A stretch of DNA of 64,000 bases, from the IMG/VR virus record IMGVR_UViG_3300026292_000602, positions 17,968 through 81,967 of that record. One strand, given 5' to 3'. The notes beneath the pieces are model-generated. The model ran no database searches and was not told the DNA's origin. It was given only the letters and a program-made list of their open reading frames with translations. Source of the DNA: a virus. Shown here piece after piece: positions 48,463-57,925 of this stretch (position 1 is its first letter; every line of letters starts with the position of its first letter). Made by a program: the position numbers and the translations under genes.

Positions 48463-48993
48463 ATGGATCAAAACTCCAATAACAAAATTGATGAACTACT
48501 AGCTATCATGGACGAGGTTAGAGCAAAGCTCGATCATGTTGAAAGTGTTTTATTACCTACTATGGAGTCAGACTACGACCCGGCTATGGCAGATGCAGAA
48601 GATACTATGATGGATCCTATGCATGACGACACAGCAGACGACAGCGACGCAGAACTATTTCACCCAGCAGACCCAGTACCACCTATGCATACAGAGACTA
48701 TGCCAGAGATGCCTACTGATATGCCATTGTTTGATGATACAGTAACTGAAGAGCCAACGCCTGCTAACGATGATATGCACACTCACGAAGATGGTACTAC
48801 CCACGAACACGAAGGTGGCGATGTACCGCATACACACGATGAGCCAATGCCAGCAGTAGCACCTGACCCAAATATGCCAGCTCCAATGCCTGATGAAGTA
48901 GCGATGCCTCAAACAGAAGCAGAAGAGATAGCAGACCAAACTATGTACGACTCATTACCAAGTGATACTGAGCCTACAAAAGAATCAGAGTAA
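48463..48993 (+). CDS. Acidic Met/Pro/His-rich disordered protein
   Basis: N-terminal coiled coil and HTHEDGTTHEHEGGDVPHTH; late promoter and AGGAG. Confidence 0.7.
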   Translation: MDQNSNNKIDELLAIMDEVRAKLDHVESVLLPTMESDYDPAMADAEDTMMDPMHDDTADDSDAELFHPADPVPPMHTETMPEMPTDMPLFDDTVTEEPTPANDDMHTHEDGTTHEHEGGDVPHTHDEPMPAVAPDPNMPAPMPDEVAMPQTEAEEIADQTMYDSLPSDTEPTKESE

Positions 48994-49127
48994 CACCTCT
49001 GTATAGGACTTTGTAACCGACGACCGCACTAGAGCGGGGAAGAAGCGAGAGTAGAGATCCCCGCAAGTCCTTTTAAACTAATACTTAATTCCCTACACAC
49101 GAACTTAAATAATACTGCACAATATTT

Positions 49128-50046
49128 GTGCAACTTATGAACTTTAAAAACTTAATAACCTGGTTACCTATAATGGCCGCTTTAATCGGTTCGCTATACA
49201 CGGGTATCAACGTTGTGTCAAAAATGAATAATACGTTGGAGGCACACACAATAGCTATTTCAGAAATGACGTCAACACTTAAAAGTATTGATGAGAAGTA
49301 TGAAATAGAAATTAAAAATCTAACACAAAAGTACACAGAAGCAAGAGAAGAACTATTCCAAGAGATGACTAGAGTTTGGACTGACGTTAATAGAAATGAC
49401 GCTAATCTAGATGCTATGAATCAATCATACTACAAGTTAGACGATGCAATACGCCAATTCGGATATGACCTTAAAGATCTGAAACGTGAGCTAGAAGGTG
49501 GATATTAAGTGAATGAGTTTTTTAATTCTTGGAAGTTTGCTTTAATAATAGGCATACTCCTTGCACTACTGGCAGTATTTGGAGGACCTAATGGATAGAA
49601 ATGTATTCACAGGTGTACTAATTCTTATTATAGTACTAGTGGCTTTCTTCGTTAAGCCTGCAAATGCACGTAATGAATACTTGCAGTACGATAGTCATTG
49701 TGACGGACCAACACTTGAACCATATGTAGAGTACAGTCAAAGTGAAAGTACGTCAACAGGTTCTAGTACATACGGATCCAATGATGACAGAGGTACTATA
49801 GGTTTAAGATTACGTATACCATTAAGCTCAACTTGTAGTAAAACATACAAGAAAACAATGGAAGAGAATGCATTACTAAGACAACAATTAGAAATGCTTA
49901 AGATGTGCGGTCGTTACAAAGATCTAGAGCTTGGTGAAGAATTTGCTATGGTACGTGAAAAGTGCAAGGGTGTTAAACGTAAAGCAGGTACTGAAGACGA
50001 GGAACGTGAAATTCCTGAAACTCTACTTACTCCTTTAAAAGATTAA
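49128..50046 (+). CDS. TM/coiled-coil protein (49128-49508) and secreted Cys protein (about 49591-50046)
   Basis: Hydrophobic leaders, heptads, Cys pairs. Confidence 0.6.
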
Positions 50047-50218
50047 TTATTCAAAAAACTTGCGAGACCAAATAAGTCCGCCAACACTAGTAACCATTAT
50101 AATAATGCCTGTTAGGAATGGAGCATAAAGTCCACCTAGCATTAATAATAATCCTAATATGATAATAGGCACGATGATCTTCATGCCTTGTAGTAATAAT
50201 ATTATTTCGTCCACTATA

Positions 50219-50584
50219 TTATTTTAAGCTAACAGTTCCGCCAGCTTCTTCTAGTTTCTTTTTAACTTCTTCTGCTTTTTCTTTATCAGCGTCTTCAACT
50301 ACAGGCTTAGGTAATGCTTCAACAAAAGTCTTTGCCTCCATTAAACCTAATCCCATTATTTCTTTAACTGCTTTAAGCACGTTAATCTTCTTTTCGCCAA
50401 AGCCTTCAAGCACAACTGTTGCTGTTGCTTTTTCTTCTGCTACTGCACCTGCTACTGCTGGTGCTCCTGCAACCATGTTGTCCAAATCAATGTTCCACTC
50501 TTTAGCTAATCTTTTTGATAGCTCTAAGGCTTCCATTACGTTTAGTTGACCTAAGTCTTTAACTAATGATTCTAATTTTTCCAT
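50219..50584 (-). CDS. rplL: Ribosomal protein L7/L12 (bL12)
   Basis: [16 protein letters not shown], Ala-rich hinge, [26 protein letters not shown]...[21 protein letters not shown]. Confidence 0.95.
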   Translation of the reverse strand: MEKLESLVKDLGQLNVMEALELSKRLAKEWNIDLDNMVAGAPAVAGAVAEEKATATVVLEGFGEKKINVLKAVKEIMGLGLMEAKTFVEALPKPVVEDADKEKAEEVKKKLEEAGGTVSLK

Positions 50585-50589
50585 GTTTC

Positions 50590-51398
50590 CTATTCTGAAA
50601 GGATAAGTTTTTTAATCGTAATCGAACCGTCTATGTTCTTTTCCAACTCAGCCTTAGATTTGATACACTGATACTTAATGCCTTCTGAGTATTGTCTTTC
50701 AGCTGTACGTTTGCCTCTTAAACAAGCACCCATGCTATCTTGTATTCTGTGTTCCTTGATTTCATTGTTCATGAACATCAATAATGCTACTACCACGTCA
50801 ATCATCATCAACCCTTTCTATATTCTTAACAATTTTTCTAACCAAGTCTTAGGTTCTACGTCACCTGTTCTAAAGCAACCCCATTCAAAAATATCAATAG
50901 CTACGTAGTAGCCCATATAGAAAGCAATCACTAATAGTGTTGCAAAGAATAATCCTAGTAGCATAGCTTTAAACATTAGTGGTCTCCGTTACCATTCTTG
51001 TAGTGCATATCTCTACTTGCGTCTTTTAGTTTCTCTATATCGCTTGACATCTTCTCTACTTGTTTTGAAAGGAAGTCGATATTAACTTTGTTAGTCATAT
51101 TAGATTCAAGAACCTTTTCCATCTTCTCTACTGCTTTGTAAAGTTCCTCAATTAACATAAATTGTTCTAGGTCGTTTTGGGATTGGCCTAATTCGCCACG
51201 TGGGTACTTGATTCTAAATTCTGTATTTGCTTCAAGGTCTTTTTGCATTAATGTTAATGTATTGCTATGTTGGTTTAACTTTTCAGTTATTCCAAAGTAT
51301 GCCCAAACACCCATACATATAGCACCAATGATTGCGATCATGTTTCTGATCGGCATACTAATATTTGTGTTATCGTTTAGTTTAACATCTTTACTCAT
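50590..51398 (-). CDS. Small hypothetical genes (50590-50811, 50976-51398 TM + coiled coil)
   Basis: Coupled minus-strand ORFs after a late promoter. Confidence 0.6.
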
Positions 51399-51619
51399 AA
51401 ACCCTTTTTAATGAGTATTTATCGATCTTTGTTAAACAACTCGAATAATGTACGTACTTTTTCTTGTAGCACCTCTATTGCAGTATGCATTTTAGCTAAT
51501 ACTATTACTAGTGAGATAAAGCCCAAAGCAATAGGCCATAGCTGAGAGATTTCGTTAAGATTCATTTGATCGCCCTCCAGGAGTCGGTAGCAACTGTATT
51601 TATTACGTTAAATACAGAT

Positions 51620-51826
51620 ATGAAGACCAAGTACAAAACAAGTGCCATACAAGCATTAATAGTATTAGTTCCAACATATCTAGTAGCCTTTGCAACAGAA
51701 AAAATGGTCTATACTATACCTATGTTAGCGGCCGCAAGTTTTGTAGCCGCGGCGTTTAGTAAAGACGATATACCAAATCGTTTAGATGATATATCTAAAG
51801 ACTCACGTGAAGACGGCGGAAGTTAA
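51620..51826 (+). CDS. Small two-TM protein upstream of hemF
   Basis: MKTKYKTSAIQALIVLVP..., after TAAATA. Confidence 0.5.
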   Translation: MKTKYKTSAIQALIVLVPTYLVAFATEKMVYTIPMLAAASFVAAAFSKDDIPNRLDDISKDSREDGGS

Positions 51827-51844
51827 TTACACTCGGATTATACA

Positions 51845-52636
51845 ATGAAGCAACAAGCACTAACGTGGTTCCATAAGTTGCAAGATGATATTTGGAATGT
51901 TTGGAAACAAACAGACGGAAGCGGAAAAGTAAACGAATGGGGCTCAGGTGAATATAGAATTTGGACAGGTGACGTGTATGAAAAGGCCGGTGTCGCATTT
52001 AGTAACGTAAAGAATACCTTGCCAGCCCAGCTAGGTGATTTGGCAGGACAACCATTTGAATCATTTGGTGTGTCCGTTGTAGTTCACACAGGCAATCCAA
52101 ATACTCCAGGACTTCATTTCAATACAAGATATATTACTACACCTAACAAGGCTTGGTTTGGTGGCGGAATGGATATAACACCTTACGTAGACAACCACCC
52201 ATTAATAAATTGGTATCATAATAAACTGATGACTATGTGCGACAAGCATAACGAAAACTATTACGAAAAGTTTAGCAAAGACTGTGATGACTATTTCTAT
52301 TTGCCACATAGAGAAGAACATAGAGGAGCAGGTGGAATATTTTTTGATTACCTCCCAGCACCAATAGGTGATACACAAGGTTGGCCACAAACACAAGAGA
52401 ATTGGAAATTTGTACAAGACGTTGGCACAACGTTTATAGAAGTTATGCAGTATGTTGTTGACAACACAGCTAATATAAAATTTACACACGAAGATAAAAA
52501 CAAACAATTAATTAAACGTGGACGATATGTAGAATTTAATTTGTTATACGATAAAGGCACACGTTTCGGTTTAGAAGCCGGCGGTCATACAGAAGCAATA
52601 TTAATGAGTATGCCTCCTAATGCGAGATGGACATGA
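51845..52636 (+). CDS. hemF: Oxygen-dependent coproporphyrinogen III oxidase
   Basis: EKAGVAFS, GVSVVVH..NP..P.LHFNTRY, WFGGGMDITP, CDDYFYLPHR.E.RG.GGIFFD, RGRYVEFNLLYDKGTRFGL, ILMSMPP...W. Confidence 0.95.
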   Translation: MKQQALTWFHKLQDDIWNVWKQTDGSGKVNEWGSGEYRIWTGDVYEKAGVAFSNVKNTLPAQLGDLAGQPFESFGVSVVVHTGNPNTPGLHFNTRYITTPNKAWFGGGMDITPYVDNHPLINWYHNKLMTMCDKHNENYYEKFSKDCDDYFYLPHREEHRGAGGIFFDYLPAPIGDTQGWPQTQENWKFVQDVGTTFIEVMQYVVDNTANIKFTHEDKNKQLIKRGRYVEFNLLYDKGTRFGLEAGGHTEAILMSMPPNARWT

Positions 52637-53451
52637 GATTAATCCAGCCTATATTTTTAACACAAGGTAACACCTATCCTCTAGATGGTATGGGTGAAGA
52701 AAACAAAGCCTACGCACTTATAGATGTACACGAACGTATAATAAGAGATATAGCAGATGGCGTTACTGACTTTCTTATATTCCCCGTCCCCCTAGCTAAA
52801 GAAGTAGATCCTAATTGGGGTTGGCAGGGCGATGCTATTAACGAAATAAAAAATCGTTATGCATACGACAGCAATTTAATAGTTGACGTATGCTTATGTA
52901 GTACAATGCCAGATGGCCATTGTAAAGTTACAGGTGACGAAGAAGCAACACGTGAGCTACTATTACAACAAGCACTTATATTAGATAAAGCAGGTGCAGA
53001 TGTTTTAGCACCAAGCGATTGCCAAGAGCATACAGTAAAAGATATACGAAAGGCCCTGCTAGGTAAAAAAATTATGAGTTACAGTACAAAGTTTAGAAGT
53101 ACGTTTTACAGCGGCTACCGTAAAGCAGTTAACGTAGAAAAGGGTATACATAGAGATTACCAATTAGAAGTTAGCGATCGCCAAGGCGCAATAGAACGTA
53201 GTATAAAGTATGCTAAAGATGGAGCGGACTACTTAATGGTTAAGCCCGGCATGACTAGTATAGATTTAATACACGACATTAAAAAGTCTGTGAGAGATGC
53301 AACACATGGAATAGAACTTCCTGTGGGCGTGTTCCAGACGTCAGGCGAGTGGTCTGCACTAGAAAGCACAGAACAATTAAAAGAAACTTATAACATCTTT
53401 AAACGTGCTGGTGCTGACTATATGATTAGTTATGGTGCTAGATTACTTTAG
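52627..53451 (+). CDS. hemB: Porphobilinogen synthase (ALA dehydratase), compact Zn-type
   Basis: LIQPIF, DVCLCS..PDGHC, GAD..APSD, IMSYSTKF.S.FY, DYQL, LMVKPG, FQTSGE, RAGAD..ISY. Confidence 0.92.
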   Translation: MDMRLIQPIFLTQGNTYPLDGMGEENKAYALIDVHERIIRDIADGVTDFLIFPVPLAKEVDPNWGWQGDAINEIKNRYAYDSNLIVDVCLCSTMPDGHCKVTGDEEATRELLLQQALILDKAGADVLAPSDCQEHTVKDIRKALLGKKIMSYSTKFRSTFYSGYRKAVNVEKGIHRDYQLEVSDRQGAIERSIKYAKDGADYLMVKPGMTSIDLIHDIKKSVRDATHGIELPVGVFQTSGEWSALESTEQLKETYNIFKRAGADYMISYGARLL

Positions 53452-53670
53452 TTTAGCTACTTGCTTTACTATTTTAGCTTTGGTTTCACGACGATCAACT
53501 TCAAATCCAAACTTACGACCGTAAGCTTCAAGTTCCGTTTTAGTCATTTTGTCTAGCTTTGCTTTAGATAGCTTTTTAGACTTAACTTCATCTTTAAGTA
53601 TCAAAGGCTTTAGCTTCTTAGACTTAACTTCGCTTATACCAAAAACGTTCTTTTTAATCCAATTAAACAT
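53443..53670 (-). CDS. Small basic protein with Rho-N-like helical end
   Basis: LDKMTKTELEAYGRKFGFEVDRRETKAKIV. Confidence 0.6.
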   Translation of the reverse strand: MFNWIKKNVFGISEVKSKKLKPLILKDEVKSKKLSKAKLDKMTKTELEAYGRKFGFEVDRRETKAKIVKQVAKLK

Positions 53671-54008
53671 TGTATATTCTCCAACTGTATTTATCTACGC
53701 AGTTAACCAATTCTCGGGCGTGTTATGGAATGTGTGCAACGGAGTTTACACACGGGTTAAACTACGTATATAAGGTGTCTTAAACGCACACAGACGTCAT
53801 TATAGCAACGATTAGTACCTAACTAGTGTCAAAGTACTTAAAGGCGAAATAAGAGCCATTTAGACGGTAAAAACCATTGTTTTAGGTGTCTACAAGCACT
53901 ATGGTTAAAAGAGGGTGTAGCTCGTATAAAGAACCAAATTGCTAGTATGGTGTATACAAAATTTACAAAACGAAGGTATAAATTTACAAACTTTACATTG
54001 TTTACACT

Positions 54009-54126
54009 CGGCGTAGAGAGCCAAAAACCTCGCTACTTTTTTGCTTACCGCTAGTCGCTCTGCGACTTGAAAAATTTCCGCTACCGATTGCTCTAAATGG
54101 CTTTACCGCTCCGCGGTCGCTCCGCT
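54009..54126 (-). repeat. Conserved non-coding element copy B (inverted relative to 40640-40780)
   Basis: GCTCTAAATGGCTTT at 54090-54104 plus flanking collinear blocks. Confidence 0.7.
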
Positions 54127-54181
54127 CTCTTAATTCTCGCATATCTGACCTGCGAATATAAATACCTCTGAATTGACCTAA

Positions 54182-54574
54182 ATGGCCCTCGTACATAAAC
54201 ACGTGATTATAAGAGCGGAAGTACTTAATCCGCCACAAGATGAAAACAAAGCAAGTAACCAAGTAAAAGATCTCATTAATAAAATAGGTATGAAAATACT
54301 TATGGGTCCTTACGCAAAGTATTGTACTATGGTAGGGAACAGAGGATTAACAGTTGCCGCTATTATAGAAACAAGTCATGTTGTAATGCATAGTTGGGAC
54401 GAGAACGCACCAGCACTAGTTCAATTAGATGTATATACTTGCGGACCATTTGACAAGAGTATAGTGTTTAAATGGTTAGAGCAATTTGAACCTACCGATA
54501 TAAAATTCAAATACTTGGATCGTGAATATGGTCTGAGAACTCTGAGTACCAGTCGCAATAAATATACTATATGA
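54182..54574 (+). CDS. speD: S-adenosylmethionine decarboxylase proenzyme
   Basis: GLTVAAIIETSHVVMHSWDE...QLDVYTCG (pyruvoyl self-cleavage motif). Confidence 0.85.
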   Translation: MALVHKHVIIRAEVLNPPQDENKASNQVKDLINKIGMKILMGPYAKYCTMVGNRGLTVAAIIETSHVVMHSWDENAPALVQLDVYTCGPFDKSIVFKWLEQFEPTDIKFKYLDREYGLRTLSTSRNKYTI

Positions 54575-56104
54575 AAGCAACGTTTAAAAAGTTTTGTAAG
54601 TGGCAAGAGGATCACTGTGAACGTATGAGAAAGCTAACAGGCATAACTCATATGCAAATGGCGTGGATCAGTTTCACTAAAGGTTTACTACTAGGTATGC
54701 TTTTAATGTTACTAGTGTCTTGTGCAAATACAAAATCAGCTGACGTTGGTTATGAAGAACAACCAAGAAACCTTCCAACACTATTCAAACTTGATGCTAT
54801 GTCAAAAGTTTTAACTTGTATGTTTGCACCTGAAACAGAGGAATGCAAAAAGTTAAGAGAAGAAACTAAGAACATGGACAAAGAGTGGGACGAACAAGAA
54901 GAAACTCAATACGATAATAAAGCAAAGTAATCTTGTTGACAAGATGTTTTTTTGAGGTATAAAAATAAAACATCTCGATAAATACTATTGTAGATGAAAG
55001 CAAGTTGAGGGCTTTCAAATAGTAACATAGATGGAGAGGGTAATAGTAGATCCATTTACTGCAATAGCCGCCGCGACAACGGCATTCAACACAGTCAAGA
55101 AATTTGTTCAAGCTGGCCAAGACTTCGAAAACACAGTCGGGCAGATGGGCAAGTGGTACACAGCAATATCAGATTTCCGCAAAGGACAACAGATGCAAAA
55201 GAAGCCTCCGTTGTTCAAAAAACTTTTCAATGCAGGGTCAGTAGAAGAAGAAGCACTAGCATTGTTAATGCACGAAAAGAAAATCCTAGAACAAGAAAAA
55301 GAATTACAAGCACTATTAAACTTTCGTTATGGTTATGGTACTTGGGACGAGCTTAAAGAGATGCGTCGTAAGATTAAAGACCAAAGAGAGAAAGCAGTTT
55401 ATAAACAAGCACAAATGAGAGCAGACTTCATAGAGACTGCACAAATTGGTACAGCAGTTTTAGTACTGTTAGCAATAGTAGGTGGATTTCTTTATTGGAT
55501 ATTCAAATCAAAAGGAATTATATGATCTATGCCGCGACACTTTTTGGATTTATGGTTACTGCTTTACTACCTACAACTAGTGTTCTTGCCAAGGGTGCCA
55601 AAACCTATGGTGGCACTAAACCTTATACTTATGAGCAACAAATAAGAAGAGGTGAAAGAGTACAACCCAAATTAGTTACAGCACGTAGAGTTTATATGGG
55701 CTTTATTGGAGACAGTTTAGTATGCGTATACGTTGGTGCCAAAAACTCAAATGAAGTTATTGTAACTGGACGAGACGATAGATGTATGGGTAGTATGCAA
55801 GTACCTTATGCACCAGATCCTGACTTTAATTGGCGTAAAACCATTGAAGTAATGAAAAAGGATATGGATTAGTTCTATCTTGTCGAGACTGCTCGAATAC
55901 GTTCTTTTCCGTCTATCTTCTTTGGAAAAATTCTACTGTATTAGTTAGCGATTTAATTTGAGTTTCTAGAAAATGAATTCTCTTTTCTGCTTGTTTAATT
56001 ACATCAACAGTTTTGAATCTACCTTTACCATCACGTTTACAAGTTTCTTCTAACAACTTCCTAAACTCACTTTTGAATTTAGTCATTATAGGCCTCCTCC
56101 ACAT
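54571..56104. CDS. Hypothetical genes (54571-54930 +, 55031-55525 +, 55522-55872 +, 55913-56104 -)
   Basis: ORFs with TM or signal segments; 55031 has a DPFTAIAAA N-terminus. Confidence 0.6.
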
Positions 56105-56232
56105 TTTAGTAGGTGCAAAGTATTGGCATCATATAGTCATAGACCATAACTAATGCGTGTGATAAAAACCATATTCCGATACTAACTAAAACAAATGTTA
56201 CTGCCCAGTTTGGTATATGTTCTTCTATCATG

Positions 56233-56943
56233 TTAAATCTCCTTTAACTTTTTCCATGTATCTTTGTAATTACTAACACTATAACAAAAACCCAAGTCAT
56301 TGTCAAGTATCTTTTTGCTTAATGGATAATCGTTTCCTGCTTCATCCATTCTGTCTCCGTAAAAATGTAACACGTCAGTTGCCTTAAAGTCTTTTGTTAT
56401 TTGACCTTTATCGTTGCCTCTAGGAAAAATATCTATTCCTGTTTCTCCTCCTACTACTGCTTGTATTGTAGGAAACAACATTTGAAATTCTTTTGCTATT
56501 CTATTTCTTTCATTCTCAGCTCTATCAAACTCAACGTACATTTTTCTTTCGCCTAGTGTTGCGTTACGTCCGACCACACTAAAGTTAACCATGCCAGGGC
56601 GTTCTTCAATATGTAAACCTGTGCGTAAAGGAAACTCACTAATGCGACACTCTGATATTAACCAACGTTCAGCTTCGTTGGGTAATTTCCATTCGCTTGT
56701 ATGTAAATGCGTACTGCCTTCCCAAACATCAGCACCACTACAATTATAAACACGTTGAGCTAAACTATAAATCTCTTCGCCTATTTGTTCTATAGTTTTT
56801 TCTCTATCACTACCTGTTATAAGATATACATCTTGTTCTGCACAAAACGTTGAAAAGAAAATTGCAAAGTCTGTGTTTATCTCACGTCGACTTGGCGTTA
56901 GTGTTCCGTCTACATCAAAAATATATTTGTTTAACCTAGCCAA
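56233..56943 (-). CDS. HAD-IIB phosphomannomutase-like enzyme
   Basis: FDVDGTLTPSR, TGSD, HIEERPGMVNFS..GR, GGETGIDI.P.G.DK, FYGDRM...GNDYPL. Confidence 0.85.
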   Translation of the reverse strand: MARLNKYIFDVDGTLTPSRREINTDFAIFFSTFCAEQDVYLITGSDREKTIEQIGEEIYSLAQRVYNCSGADVWEGSTHLHTSEWKLPNEAERWLISECRISEFPLRTGLHIEERPGMVNFSVVGRNATLGERKMYVEFDRAENERNRIAKEFQMLFPTIQAVVGGETGIDIFPRGNDKGQITKDFKATDVLHFYGDRMDEAGNDYPLSKKILDNDLGFCYSVSNYKDTWKKLKEI

Positions 56944-57725
56944 TGCTTTACACCTTTGGGAGAGTCTTTGTAAAGTTCATTGCTGGTCTCAACTAATTTT
57001 GGACCAATTTGTTTATGCGTAAGTCTTTCATTACCTTTAAGTATGTGTCTACTAAATCCTGTTGTTAGATCTAATGTGTTACCTGTTAGCACACTATTAA
57101 CACACTTGGTTGCCATAACTTCATGATTGTCTTTTATCATATGATTATAGCGAGTATCTATTCCATCACTATACCATTGCTCATCATCTTTCTCACTAAC
57201 AAACTCTGCGTTGCTAACACTACCAGTCATATCTCCATACACTTTTATAATGTCTGTGTAATCAATATCAACTGTAAAGCCTGGTATTAATAGTAAAGTA
57301 AATCCTATATTTCTTTTTAATTCTTTAAGCCAAGCTACCTGTTGCTCCACTCTAAATGAGTCTAGTTCGTCTCTTTGTAAGTAATTCACGTAACCCATAA
57401 CAGCATCAACATGACCCTTTTCGTTCTCTGAGGCGAAGTTATTCCAGTTTGCAATACGATAATTGGATAGTTCAGGCTTGTCTTTAAAGAACCAATACCT
57501 ATATGGACTTGTTAATACTACAACAACTATATCATCTTTAGTAAGTTTTTCACGTTGCTCTTTAACTTTAGTTAGTATCCATTCGTTGCTACAACCAATG
57601 ATACTGTCGTTAAGCATAGCATCTACTCGTAGCTTACTTGCTAACTGTCTTGTCCAAGTCCAGTCTGTTTTATAGTCTACTGTAAATGAATCTCCAAATA
57701 TATAAAGTGTTCTCATTACCACCAA
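56931..57725 (-). CDS. SGNH-like hypothetical protein
   Basis: IFGDSF block I, GCSN, RYNH. Confidence 0.55.
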   Translation of the reverse strand: MVVMRTLYIFGDSFTVDYKTDWTWTRQLASKLRVDAMLNDSIIGCSNEWILTKVKEQREKLTKDDIVVVVLTSPYRYWFFKDKPELSNYRIANWNNFASENEKGHVDAVMGYVNYLQRDELDSFRVEQQVAWLKELKRNIGFTLLLIPGFTVDIDYTDIIKVYGDMTGSVSNAEFVSEKDDEQWYSDGIDTRYNHMIKDNHEVMATKCVNSVLTGNTLDLTTGFSRHILKGNERLTHKQIGPKLVETSNELYKDSPKGVKHWLG

Positions 57726-57925
57726 CCTATTGCTTTTGCGTTACCTAATATAATCATTAAGCACGTTAGTATGTGTAGTACAATCCAAAACGTTCTGGCC
57801 GCTAAAGCCTTCTTTACGTCTTTCATTGATATTGGTAGGAACTCTGGTTTATCTTCATCGTTGATGCCTATTGGCATACCAACTGTTCTAGCCCACGTTT
57901 TTAGAAAACGCCTTTGTCCGCTCAT
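57716..57925 (-). CDS. Small membrane protein
   Basis: 69 aa, coupled to the helicase stop. Confidence 0.6.
   Translation of the reverse strand: MSGQRRFLKTWARTVGMPIGINDEDKPEFLPISMKDVKKALAARTFWIVLHILTCLMIILGNAKAIGWW

Larger units (their letters stand above)
1088..54986. promoter_or_regulatory. T4-late-like promoters (TAAATA)
   Basis: TAAATA(C) oriented towards genes at about 1088, 3168, 7413, 9160, 10482, 13964, 51414 and 53687 (minus) and 14334, 19070, 22654, 24635, 40164, 48427, 54158 and 54978 (plus). Resembles the T4 gp55 TATAAATA box. Confidence 0.65.
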
